37,335 nt of DNA from an uncultured Candidatus Bathyarchaeia archaeon (GCA_964647775.1 CAZYJH010000001.1:1-37335); one strand, 5' to 3'; positions 16,563 to 25,408 are shown, counted from the first letter of the stretch. The notes: generated from the sequence alone by a model not told the origin. Numbers and translations are program-made.

Positions 16563-16772
16563 TTATCTTTTTACTATGAATGCAATTTTGACGTTGGCAC
16601 TGTATTCCACAATCTTGTTGTTCTCTATTTTGGCGGTGCATCGCTTAACATGAACGCTTTTGATGTTTTTGATTGTCTTCGCTGCTTCAGTCACAGCGTT
16701 TTGAGCAGCCTCGCTCCAGCCATCTGGTGAACTACCTATCAACTCGATAATTTTTACAACAGGCATAACCAT
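16563..16772 (-). CDS. Dodecin-family flavin-binding protein
   Basis: VVKIIELIGSSPDGWSEAAQNAVTEAAKTIKNIKSVHV...VEYSANVKIAF matches the dodecin pattern. GGGGAGGTGA directly abuts the first ATG, so the second Met (16766) is the likelier start. Confidence 0.8.
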   Translation of the reverse strand: MVMPVVKIIELIGSSPDGWSEAAQNAVTEAAKTIKNIKSVHVKRCTAKIENNKIVEYSANVKIAFIVKR

Positions 16773-16912
16773 TCACCTCCCCATCTACAATGTGGCTTCA
16801 AAGGCACTTCAGCTTTTCGATACACTTAACCAAAGAGTTGCAGTAAACAAAAATTATCGTATCCTTTTTATTGTAGCCTTAGTTAATCCCTTGAAAGAAC
16901 AGGGAACATTGA

Positions 16913-17434
16913 ATGACAATTATTATGGATGATGCAGGAACTGGCGACCTGCTTTTTGGCGCTGTTGTTGGCGCATTCCGTGATTCAACTCGCGAATTCA
17001 CATACGATGTCATTGACGTAAAATATTTTAGAGACAACTTTTTTTCGCGAAAAGCATACCTGACGCAAGCCTCCAAGATTGCGTCCAAACTACTTGCTGA
17101 GTTGAAACCAACGCCAGATGAAGAAATTCACATCTGCAGAGGCTACATCTTTGACGATGTCATCGAGAAACTAAAAAAGAAATATGGTGAAGACAGAATC
17201 ATCCGAGTCAAAGTGGAAGGAGAAGCACAGGACCTCACAGAAATTTCCTATCTTGATGAAATAAGGAATTTAGGTTACGAACCTCTTGAAGAAAGAGACA
17301 ACAAACGGGCAAAAAGCTTTTTTCACATGATGAATTGGCTTAAGAAAAACCCAGACATGCTGAAATATGCAAAAACTGGTTGGCCACGATTACAAAGATA
17401 CAAACTATTCAGGTCAAGAAATAAACGCAAATAA
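16913..17434 (+). CDS. Hypothetical protein with an RNase HII-like N-terminal DDAGxG motif
   Basis: Coding-like composition. IIMDDAGTGDLLFGAVVGAF resembles GIDEAGRGPVIGPMVIAAV of RNase HII, and the C-terminal TGWPRL resembles KGWKTL. No other motif recognised. Confidence 0.55.
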   Translation: MTIIMDDAGTGDLLFGAVVGAFRDSTREFTYDVIDVKYFRDNFFSRKAYLTQASKIASKLLAELKPTPDEEIHICRGYIFDDVIEKLKKKYGEDRIIRVKVEGEAQDLTEISYLDEIRNLGYEPLEERDNKRAKSFFHMMNWLKKNPDMLKYAKTGWPRLQRYKLFRSRNKRK

Positions 17435-17542
17435 TTTTTGGTTCCTGAAAAAGGCTCAACTCGATGCCGTTAAGCCCGAAAATGGTCTTCGCATTAAGCG
17501 AAAGGGTAAACGTTTTTCTGAGGTTCTCACTGTTTACTCAGA

Positions 17543-18004
17543 GTGATGATTATGGAAAACCGTGACTTAGAGCTTGCCAAGCTGAAACTGCTAAAGGACG
17601 ACCTTAGTTTAGTGATCGTGAAGAAGGGAGAGGTTATCTTTGAAACAAGCAAGCAAGGAATAAGCGGTTTTCTGGAAGCCATCGAAAAGCAGGATAAAGA
17701 TTTGGTTGCAGCCTCAGCGGCTGACAAGATTGTTGGGGTGGCAGCAGCCAAGCTTTGTGTATACACTGGCTTAGTTTCCGTCTTTGCCGTGACAATCAGC
17801 GAGGCGGGAATCAGGGTGCTTGAAGACAACAATATTGTTTGTCTGTTTGAACGGAAAGTTTCGAACATCCTGAATCGCAGCAAAACTGACGTGTGCCCCT
17901 TCGAAAAACTGGCTATAAATTCTGGAGGCTCAGATGAGGCTTACGTGAAGTTGAAGTCCTTAGCTAGTCAAATGATGCGAAAGTCATCAACAACTAACTG
18001 CTGA
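17543..18004 (+). CDS. DUF1893 (TM1506-like) domain protein
   Basis: LSLVIVKKGEVIFETSKQGISGFLEAI...ADKIVGVAAAKLCVY...CPFEKL matches my recollection of the DUF1893 family. Confidence 0.7.
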   Translation: MMIMENRDLELAKLKLLKDDLSLVIVKKGEVIFETSKQGISGFLEAIEKQDKDLVAASAADKIVGVAAAKLCVYTGLVSVFAVTISEAGIRVLEDNNIVCLFERKVSNILNRSKTDVCPFEKLAINSGGSDEAYVKLKSLASQMMRKSSTTNC

Positions 18005-18055
18005 TGTGTTGTCGCAAGAAAAATAGAGAAAAAGAGGGGCTATTGGCTATTTATT

Positions 18056-19012
18056 TTAGCCTGTTGGGGATGGCAACAGTATTGGAGTTCCGTCAGGAGC
18101 CATTATCAGCATGTCAATGTCAGGAGCTATCTGCTTTAGAGTCTGCACCACAAGATAGAGTTCAGCGACCCTAGTTTCGTTACCTGGGTCTACTCCTGCA
18201 GCCTCAAGAACAAGCTCTATTGCCTGCCTTGTCGCATTCGCCTCGATGACTGTAGCGTTTGCTCTGGCTGCCGCCTCAATCGTTATTTTTTCTGCGTTCG
18301 CGGTGGCGTTAATGACGACTATTTGTCTCTGGAAGTCAGCTTGAATCTTCTGCTGTTCCGAAACCAGTTTGTCCTCGATGGCTGATGTATACTTTGCTGG
18401 GTACCCTATGTTTCTGAGCTCAAACTCAAAGTCTATAATTGCTCCAGCGAGAGTCGCTGATGAACTGATTTTGTTCCAGATAGCATCCCGCATTGTCTGA
18501 GCCACAAAATCCCTTCTCTCAATCGTTTCGATCGTGTTGAATTCCTTCGTGACTATTCTGACCTGTTCTCGTGCAATAGATGCTATGATGTCGTTTTTCC
18601 AGTTCTTTTGGGGCAGATTCTCATACAATTGCTTAACTTTCGAAGGATCAAGCCTCCACCTCATCATAATGTCGATCCCCATCTCCAGCTGATCTTGTGA
18701 AAAACTTTTCACTGTTGGAAAGTCTGCTGTTGGATCATATCCGTCACCCCACATTCCCAAAGTGTCTACCGCAACTTTGATTTGGACGGCGCTTACCCAA
18801 GGAGCCTTCGTTGCCCAAGTTGGACCTAGGACTGGTCCGCTGATTTTGCCGCCTACAGGATCAACCATTACAGCTGCGTTGCCTACGGGTACGTTCACCC
18901 ACATGCTTGTGAAAAAGACCGCTAAGAAGGATACTAGCAGCACCAGAATCAGGACTATTGCTATTCCAATTTTAGGGTTGACTCGAATTCTGTCTCCATA
19001 TTCCATATTCAT
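18056..19012 (-). CDS. SPFH/band-7 (prohibitin/stomatin-like) membrane protein
   Basis: N-terminal TM (IGIAIVLILVLLVSFLAVFF), a band-7-like core, and a C-terminal Ala-rich coiled coil (QADFQRQIVVINATANAEKITIEAAARANATVIEANA). Confidence 0.8.
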   Translation of the reverse strand: MNMEYGDRIRVNPKIGIAIVLILVLLVSFLAVFFTSMWVNVPVGNAAVMVDPVGGKISGPVLGPTWATKAPWVSAVQIKVAVDTLGMWGDGYDPTADFPTVKSFSQDQLEMGIDIMMRWRLDPSKVKQLYENLPQKNWKNDIIASIAREQVRIVTKEFNTIETIERRDFVAQTMRDAIWNKISSSATLAGAIIDFEFELRNIGYPAKYTSAIEDKLVSEQQKIQADFQRQIVVINATANAEKITIEAAARANATVIEANATRQAIELVLEAAGVDPGNETRVAELYLVVQTLKQIAPDIDMLIMAPDGTPILLPSPTG

Positions 19013-19100
19013 TTTTTCACCTCCACTTTACGTTTGAAACTTAACAAAAAAATTTGTTTTTCACTTTGTGTCACGGAGCTGAAAAGCTCGTTTTATTACC

Positions 19101-19126
19101 CTTTTTACTTATACTTTTTACTTATA
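19101..19126. repeat. Perfect tandem duplication of the 13-mer CTTTTTACTTATA
   Basis: Units at 19101-19113 and 19114-19126 in the AT-rich 259-bp spacer upstream of the SPFH gene. TATATGTAC also recurs at 19123-19131 and 19174-19182. Confidence 0.9.
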
Positions 19127-19271
19127 TGTACTAAAAAGATATTTAACTAAATCTAAATATTTTTCCAAAATAGTATATGTACCTCTATTGAATCTATGTA
19201 GCCACAATTTGATGCGTCACGGCTATCTAACCCTATATAGACTCAAAAGCAGAAATGTGACCAGCATCTTC

Positions 19272-19727
19272 CTAACTTAGACTCGTCTTCAAAACTTTCT
19301 CGGCAACGGTTTTTCCAAGGTTGCGGCACTCTTCTAAACCTTTTTTGTCTGGATTATATTTTATCCGCAGAGCAGGTTCAACGACATCCATTTCAAATCG
19401 GTTCTTCATGATCTCCACCAGCATGTTCGGGGCTTCTCCGCTCCAGCCGTATGATCCGAAGGCTGCTCCCACCTTGCCTTTCAGGTTTATCTCTTGTTTT
19501 GATGCAGTTTCTAGGAGGTTCTTCATGTCTATGCCAATGTCATGGTAATATGTGGGCATCCCAAGAATTATGGCATCTGCCTCTGCCAACTCTTCAGGTC
19601 TAACAAAATATTTCACTTCCACTTCAATTCCCACAACCGACTTTGCCCCCTCTTCAATTGCCCTAGCCATTTTTTCTGTGTTGCCTGTTTGGCTGTAGTA
19701 AACTATGAGCACTTTAAGCATCTTCAA
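19272..19727 (-). CDS. Flavodoxin-like FMN-binding protein
   Basis: KVLIVYYSQTGNTEKMA FMN-phosphate loop, AIILGMPTYY, GAAFGSYGWSGEA. Confidence 0.85.
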   Translation of the reverse strand: MKMLKVLIVYYSQTGNTEKMARAIEEGAKSVVGIEVEVKYFVRPEELAEADAIILGMPTYYHDIGIDMKNLLETASKQEINLKGKVGAAFGSYGWSGEAPNMLVEIMKNRFEMDVVEPALRIKYNPDKKGLEECRNLGKTVAEKVLKTSLS

Positions 19728-19872
19728 ACTTTGATTCCTCGAATAATGTAGATGTAGTTAAGGAAAGATAACGTTTGCGTGTGCTATGATACGCAACAGC
19801 TGTTTGGAAGTCCACAATTACTTTTAAATGATTTCTTTGTGTTATTCTTTAGACAATATAGGAAGCGTTGGT

Positions 19873-20670
19873 ATGGCTGTGACCGAAACTGCGGAAATAG
19901 GAATTATAGGCGGAACAGGCGTCTATGATCAAGATAATTTTGAGGATGTTAAAGAGATTAAGGTTTTCACTCCTTTCGGTGAAACCTCTGACCTCGTTTC
20001 CATGGGAGTCTACAAGAACGTTAAGGTGGCGTTTATCCCCCGACATGGCAGAAACCACACGATTCCCCCTCACAGAGTAAACTACCGCGCTAACGTGTGG
20101 GCGCTAAAACAGTTAGGCGTAAAAAGAGTAATCGCCTCAGCGGCAGTAGGAAGTCTGCGGGAGGATTATGGTCCAGGAACTTTTGTTGTTCCAGATCAGT
20201 TCATTGACCGAACCAAGAAACGGTTAGACACCTTCTATGAAGGAGGACAAGTATGCCACGTGTCCGCGGCAGACCCCTTCTGTGAACAGCTTCGACCATT
20301 ATTCATCAAAGCCGGCCAGAAACTGGGCTTAGACATTAAAGATGGGGGAACATACGTTTGTATTGAAGGACCAAGATTTTCTACCAGAGCAGAATCCCGA
20401 CTTTTTCAGATGTGGAAAGCGGATGTGGTGGGCATGACCCTTTATCCTGAATGCGTTTTAGCTAGAGAAGCAGAGCTGTGCTACGTTTCAATCTCGATAG
20501 TTACTGACTATGATGTGTGGGCTGAGAGTCCAGTTTCTACGAAAGAGGTAATAGAGAAAGCCAAAAAGAGTAACGAAGATTTGAAGAAGCTGATTTTGGA
20601 TGCGCTTCCGCAAATGCCGAAAACCAGAACGTGCAAATGTGGTTCAGCCCTGAAAGATGCCCTAATGTAA
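19873..20670 (+). CDS. mtnP: S-methyl-5'-thioadenosine phosphorylase (MTAP, PNP family)
   Basis: IGIIGGTGVYD, FIPRHGRNHTIPPHRVNYRANVWALKQLGV, GMTLYPE. The ORF opens at 19828, but the family-typical N-terminus begins at Met 19873. Confidence 0.9.
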   Translation: MAVTETAEIGIIGGTGVYDQDNFEDVKEIKVFTPFGETSDLVSMGVYKNVKVAFIPRHGRNHTIPPHRVNYRANVWALKQLGVKRVIASAAVGSLREDYGPGTFVVPDQFIDRTKKRLDTFYEGGQVCHVSAADPFCEQLRPLFIKAGQKLGLDIKDGGTYVCIEGPRFSTRAESRLFQMWKADVVGMTLYPECVLAREAELCYVSISIVTDYDVWAESPVSTKEVIEKAKKSNEDLKKLILDALPQMPKTRTCKCGSALKDALM

Positions 20671-20704
20671 GCCCTACCTGTGAGAAAATCTTGGTTTCGT
20701 AAAT

Positions 20705-21352
20705 TCATGATTGGTTCTTTTGGTTTCGTCGCTTAATCTCTTTCAGCATATCCGCTACGGTCTCTTCAGGCACGTCAATAGTGTGCAGCTGTTTCAGTTC
20801 ATTTTTGATTTGCGTAACGTCAATGTCACCATCAAGGTCTACCTTTAGGCGCTTGCATGCTTTCGGAATTAGGGTGCACATGTCTTCTGTGAAGTTCCAG
20901 GGAAATATCACCCATCTCCACGGCAGCACTTCGCCAACGTAGTCTGCCTTGAATTTGGCGCAGGTTAGATGCTGCAGAGAAGCAGTTCGGATTTCGGATG
21001 GATTCAAAGATTTAAGGTACTCGACTGTTACGCGCATGCTTTCGCCGGTGTCTGTGATGTCGTCTACTACTAGCACTTTTTTTCCAGTCAAGTCAACGTT
21101 TAGTGGATGTTTCAGTTTGGCTGTTCCGTCTGGTGTTGCGGTTACGCCCCAGTGTTCAACCTTTAAGCTGACAAGGTCTTTTATGCCCACAAAATCGCAG
21201 AGAATCCGTGCTAACACCCAGCCTCCACGTGCTAAACCTACTATGATGTCTGGTTTGTAGCCTGAACTGTTGATTTTGTCTGCTACCTTTCTGGCTAAAT
21301 TGTAAAAGTAGTTCCAGTCCATTACTTGGCATTCGAAACGTTCTGAATCCAT
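20705..21352 (-). CDS. Purine phosphoribosyltransferase (COG2236-type)
   Basis: PRPP-binding loop KKVLVVDDITDTGESM, IIVGLARGGWVLARIL, VIFPW. Confidence 0.85.
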   Translation of the reverse strand: MDSERFECQVMDWNYFYNLARKVADKINSSGYKPDIIVGLARGGWVLARILCDFVGIKDLVSLKVEHWGVTATPDGTAKLKHPLNVDLTGKKVLVVDDITDTGESMRVTVEYLKSLNPSEIRTASLQHLTCAKFKADYVGEVLPWRWVIFPWNFTEDMCTLIPKACKRLKVDLDGDIDVTQIKNELKQLHTIDVPEETVADMLKEIKRRNQKNQS

Positions 21353-21560
21353 GACAGAGCCGTCCTTTCCTGATTACCTCATAGTGCTGGCAATATTATA
21401 TTTTCGGCTACGTTGCCCAGTCAAAGCGTTTTTGTCTGATGTGTCCTTTTTTCGACTTAATTTGAAAACCGAAATACCGTTGGATAAACAATAGCTTTCG
21501 GATTAGAATAACGTATAATATAAAACAATACCCCTTTCAGGTTGGCGGGTGTGGGTGGAA

Positions 21561-21797
21561 ATGCAAACAAGTGTAGTGGCATTACTTTTTGTAACTTCCT
21601 CGGTGATACTTGCCTGTGTTGTTGTGGAATATGCTGTTGTTACCTGTGAGCAGACAATCGACACCGATGATGCGCCACAAATAGACCGGATACGAGAACT
21701 GGAAAGCATGCTCCTGAACCAGACTGATAGCATGTTAGACGAAATAGAACAGTTCAACCAAACCGAAACGTTGCTAACAAGCACAACACAACCATGA
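21561..21797 (+). CDS. Small N-terminally anchored acidic protein (hypothetical)
   Basis: TATA-like CGTATAATATAAAA at about 21512-21526. N-terminal hydrophobic helix VVALLFVTSSVILACVVVEYAVV, an acidic helical tail, and two NQT sequons. A T5 run follows the stop. Confidence 0.45.
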   Translation: MQTSVVALLFVTSSVILACVVVEYAVVTCEQTIDTDDAPQIDRIRELESMLLNQTDSMLDEIEQFNQTETLLTSTTQP

Positions 21798-21836
21798 TTG
21801 CCTCTTTTTGTTCGATAAACGGTAGCACTTACTGTT

Positions 21837-21888
21837 GGTCAAGAAATCTTGACTAAACTGCACAGTTCATAGGTCAAGAAACCTTGAC
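21837..21888. promoter_or_regulatory. Two copies of the palindrome GGTCAAGAAA(T/C)CTTGAC, 35 bp apart
   Basis: Copies at 21837-21853 and 21872-21888. The first is GTCAAGA-AA-TCTTGAC (7-bp arms); the second has one arm mismatch. Both lie in a 315-bp spacer between convergent genes. Confidence 0.6.
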
Positions 21889-22112
21889 AAAAAATGCTTT
21901 ATTGATACCGAGTCTGAAATGAATATTTAGAGGCTTTAACTTGGAAAAATTGGCATTAATAATTGCTAAAACAGAAGCCGTGTCTTCTATAGATGAGTAC
22001 TCGTCAGTAAAGCGTCTCCGGCGACGAAAACAAAAACTTTCTGTCGTAAAAAGAATGAAAAATAGAAATGGATAAGAATCAAGCAGATACTGTCCAAAAG
22101 GCTAGTCCGTTG

Positions 22113-23903
22113 TTAATCTTCTGCGCTTAGGTAGTAGTATTCGCCCATCTCTTTCTGTTCCCTGTCCAGCCTAGATCCTTCCTTGTTTACTCTGGGGCGC
22201 TTCGTCTGCGGGTCTCGCCTAAAGGTGATTGTCATGTCCTTGAGAAAGCTGTTCATGCCGTTACGAAGGTCTGTTGGCGGCTTAGCAAAACCGCGAACTC
22301 CAGGCTCTCCAGTGAATATCATGAGGCGGTCAGCTATGAAATCCTGCGTCACCACATCATGCTCCACCACGAAAGCTGTTACTTTCCTGTTTTCGATTAC
22401 ATGCCGAATTGTTCGCGCGGCGGAAAGTCTATCTTCTACGTCCAAGTAGGCACTCGGCTCGTCAAGAAGGTATAGCTCCGCTTCTCGGGACAGGCACGCG
22501 GCGATGGCGACTCTCTGAAGTTCCCCTCCGCTCAGCTCATTCACGTCACGGTCTAATAGCACAGGAATTTTGAGGGGCTGCAGAATCTGGCTGTGATACA
22601 GGCTTGTTCCAAACTCTTTGGCAGCCGCCTCTTTCAGCAGTTCTTCAACGGTTCCGTTAAACTGAGGCGAAATGTATTGGGGCTTATAGCTTACTTTCAG
22701 TTCATCCTCCGCGGATGTTTCTCCAGAATCTGCCTTCTCTATTCCGGCAAGTATCTTCACAAAGGTGGTTTTTCCAATCCCGTTGGGTCCAAATATTCCA
22801 ACCACCTCGCCCCGTTTCACCTCTCCCGGCGCCGCCTGAAACTCAAACTCGCCAAAGGATTTCTTGATTTCGTTCCACTGCAGCAGTGACTCGCCGATGG
22901 TCAATCCGGCGGATGGAGGCTTCACGTGGAAGATTATGGAATCCTTTCTGAAGCGTACGTTCTCGTCAGGAATGTACCCTTCAAGGTAAATGTTTATTCC
23001 AACTCTCACTCCGTGGACATGGGAGATTACGCCGTAAACTCCGGGGTCACCATAAAATATGCAGATTTGGTCAGACAGATAATCGAGAATCGCCAAGTCA
23101 TGCTCTGCAACAATAACTGTTTTTCCGTCCTCTTTGAGTGTCCGAATAGCCCTGGCGACCTGCAGCCGCTGCTTCACATCCAAGTAGCTGGCCGGCTCGT
23201 CAAAGAGGTAAACATCTGCGTCTCTGCAGATAGAAGCGGCGACAGCAACCCGCTGAAGCTCTCCCCCGCTTAGAACCTTCAGTTCTCTGTTCCAGACGGT
23301 TTCAAGTTGAAGTTTTTCGGCAAGCTGACTCAACTTGTTGCGTTCGTCCACTTTTTCTAGAAGCGCCCCTACTTCGCCGGAGACAACCCGCGATATCCTG
23401 TCCACATACTGGGGCTTGTGAACAACCTTCATGTTTCCTTCGCTAAGCCGCTGGAAATAATCTTGGAGTGTTGAGCCGCGGAAATGCTGAATCAGCTCCG
23501 CCCAATCTGGAGGCGCATCATAATTTCCTAGGTTCGGTTTGATTTCTCCAGAAAGAATGTGGAGTGCTGTCGTTTTTCCTATGCCGTTCTGTCCCAGTAA
23601 GCCTAGGACTACGCCTGCGGAAGGTGTTGGAAGCCGAAAAAGCTTGAAGGTGTTGGGTCCGAACCTGTGGCTGCAATCTGTTTCCAGTTCGTCCGCCAAG
23701 TTGACTATGGAGATGGCTTTGAAGGGGCACTTCCTTACGCAGATGCCGCAGCCTACGCATAGGCTCTCCACGATTTTGGGCTTATCGCCTTCGAATACGA
23801 CCGCCTCAATCTTATTTCTCACTGGCGGGCAGAAACGGTAGCATGGTCTGCCGCAACGTTTGGATTCACATCGTTCTTCGTCGAGAACCGCTATTCGAAC
23901 CAT
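22113..23903 (-). CDS. abce1: ABCE1 / RNase L inhibitor-type ribosome recycling ATPase
   Basis: N-terminal Fe-S Cys clusters (including CVGCGICVRKCP). Two ABC domains with Walker A GQNGIGKTT and GPNGIGKTT, and two LSGGELQR signatures. Confidence 0.95.
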   Translation of the reverse strand: MVRIAVLDEERCESKRCGRPCYRFCPPVRNKIEAVVFEGDKPKIVESLCVGCGICVRKCPFKAISIVNLADELETDCSHRFGPNTFKLFRLPTPSAGVVLGLLGQNGIGKTTALHILSGEIKPNLGNYDAPPDWAELIQHFRGSTLQDYFQRLSEGNMKVVHKPQYVDRISRVVSGEVGALLEKVDERNKLSQLAEKLQLETVWNRELKVLSGGELQRVAVAASICRDADVYLFDEPASYLDVKQRLQVARAIRTLKEDGKTVIVAEHDLAILDYLSDQICIFYGDPGVYGVISHVHGVRVGINIYLEGYIPDENVRFRKDSIIFHVKPPSAGLTIGESLLQWNEIKKSFGEFEFQAAPGEVKRGEVVGIFGPNGIGKTTFVKILAGIEKADSGETSAEDELKVSYKPQYISPQFNGTVEELLKEAAAKEFGTSLYHSQILQPLKIPVLLDRDVNELSGGELQRVAIAACLSREAELYLLDEPSAYLDVEDRLSAARTIRHVIENRKVTAFVVEHDVVTQDFIADRLMIFTGEPGVRGFAKPPTDLRNGMNSFLKDMTITFRRDPQTKRPRVNKEGSRLDREQKEMGEYYYLSAED

Positions 23904-24039
23904 CTTCCATCAATATCCTTTGTAACGTAAAATAAAAGATGCAGAATAATAATTTGCTGTTTGAATCTGAACAGCGAGACCGCTAAGTTCACTTGTTTTC
24001 AGCTTTAAACTCACAAAAAAGAGAAAGGTACTGGCGCCA

Positions 24040-24450
24040 TTACTGAACTACCGTAAAGTTCGTTTCAGTAACAGTCCAGTTTTGACTGACTGTTCCAGCC
24101 CATTGGAAGCAGATTTCGCCTGTGTATTCAACTTCGACAGTGTATGTGGGTTCCAGCACAACTGGGTAGCTAACAGTTACGTTCCAGCCATCGCCAGTGT
24201 ATTGCAGATTGGATGCGCCCAGAAGTCCGGGAGTCAGGTTCTGTGTTTCCCATGAAGATGGAACAGGTAGGGCGCCAACTTCTTGATGTGTCTGCAGAAT
24301 GTAGCCTAGGGCTGTGTCTCGTGCAAATTCTGGAGGTTCTGGCTCAGTTCCTTGTGGTTGTGGCTTGACTCCATTTTGTAATCCAAGGGCTGTAGCAGTT
24401 AAGAGAGATGCTACGGCTATGACGACAAGCACTACAGATAGTTTATTCAC
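24040..24450 (-). CDS. Small secreted/anchored protein, probable glycoprotein (hypothetical)
   Basis: N-terminal signal/anchor LSVVLVVIAVASLLTATALG, a Pro/Glu linker, and four N-x-T sequons (NLT, NVT, NWT, NFT). Confidence 0.6.
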   Translation of the reverse strand: MNKLSVVLVVIAVASLLTATALGLQNGVKPQPQGTEPEPPEFARDTALGYILQTHQEVGALPVPSSWETQNLTPGLLGASNLQYTGDGWNVTVSYPVVLEPTYTVEVEYTGEICFQWAGTVSQNWTVTETNFTVVQ

Positions 24451-24514
24451 CTTTTTTCACCTTTCAGTTTTTGCGTCCTATAGCTGGGGGCTCGGTTGAT
24501 ATAATGCCACGTTT

Positions 24515-24542
24515 TAGAACAGGTTGTTCTAGAATGTAGAAC
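24515..24542. promoter_or_regulatory. Palindrome TAGAACA-GGT-TGTTCTA plus a third TAGAAC half-site
   Basis: Palindrome at 24515-24531 and half-site at 24537-24542, in the divergent spacer between 24450(-) and 24659(+). Confidence 0.45.
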
Positions 24543-24658
24543 CGCTCATGGCTTCAGAAAATGTTGAGGATACTTTTAAATCTGAAAAACACAAAAGTTA
24601 TGTTGCCTAGCTGATGGGTGAAAAAAAGTTTTTACCAAAATTTAGGCGGTGAAATAAA

Positions 24659-25354
24659 TTGGATTACGAAATCAAATATAAACCCTCATACTCAATGCTT
24701 GTTGTCAAATTGGAACCCACCGAAACTATAACTGCCGAAGCTGGCGCCATGACCTACATGGAACCCAACATAGACATCAACACTCGCAAACGAGAAAAGA
24801 GCCTCATAGGCACCTTGGGACTCGCCATCCTAGGACGACAATCCTTCTTTGTAAACGATTACACGGCAAAAAGCACACCCGCCGAAGTTGCCTTCGTTTC
24901 TGCTCCGGTCGGCGACATCGAAACACTGGAGGTCAAGCCAAACCAAGGCTACATCATACAATCTTCCTCATACATCGCATCAACCCAACAAGTGGACTTG
25001 GACATGAAATGGCAAGGATTCACTAAAGGAATCTTCGGGCAGGGGCTCTTCATGATTAAGGTTTCAGGGGAAGGCAAACTCTTCATCAACACTTTCGGAG
25101 CCATCGACAAACACACCATAGAAGCAGGCAAATCACTGATCGTCGACAACTTCCATCTTGTGGCATTCAGCGACACTTGCAACTATAACGTCAGAAAGTT
25201 CGGAGGACTAAAATCAACTATCCTTGGCGGCGAGGGGCTGGTCACAGAGATAAGAGGTCCCGGAGACGTGTACATCCAAACCAAAAACCTGCGAGAATTC
25301 GTGGAGTGGCTCTGGACGCTCCTTGAACCAAGAGTCAGGTCACGCGCAAGATAG
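24659..25354 (+). CDS. AIM24/DUF124 (TIGR00266) family protein
   Basis: TTG start preceded by GGCGGTGA. YEIKYKPSYSMLVVKL...AEAGAM...GEGLVTEIRGPGDVYIQT is the family-typical pattern. Confidence 0.8.
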   Translation: MDYEIKYKPSYSMLVVKLEPTETITAEAGAMTYMEPNIDINTRKREKSLIGTLGLAILGRQSFFVNDYTAKSTPAEVAFVSAPVGDIETLEVKPNQGYIIQSSSYIASTQQVDLDMKWQGFTKGIFGQGLFMIKVSGEGKLFINTFGAIDKHTIEAGKSLIVDNFHLVAFSDTCNYNVRKFGGLKSTILGGEGLVTEIRGPGDVYIQTKNLREFVEWLWTLLEPRVRSRAR

Positions 25355-25370
25355 ACCCCAAAACAAGCAG

Positions 25371-25408
25371 TCCCTCCCCCCTTTTCCTTTTTTCTTTTCC
25401 CCTTTCTT
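25371..25408 (+). repeat. 38-nt uninterrupted polypyrimidine tract (T4/T6/T4 runs), probable terminator region
   Basis: TCCCTCCCCCCTTTTCCTTTTTTCTTTTCCCCTTTCTT has no purine from 25371 to 25408 and is near mirror-symmetric. It lies between the AIM24 stop and the tsaC start. Confidence 0.85.
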
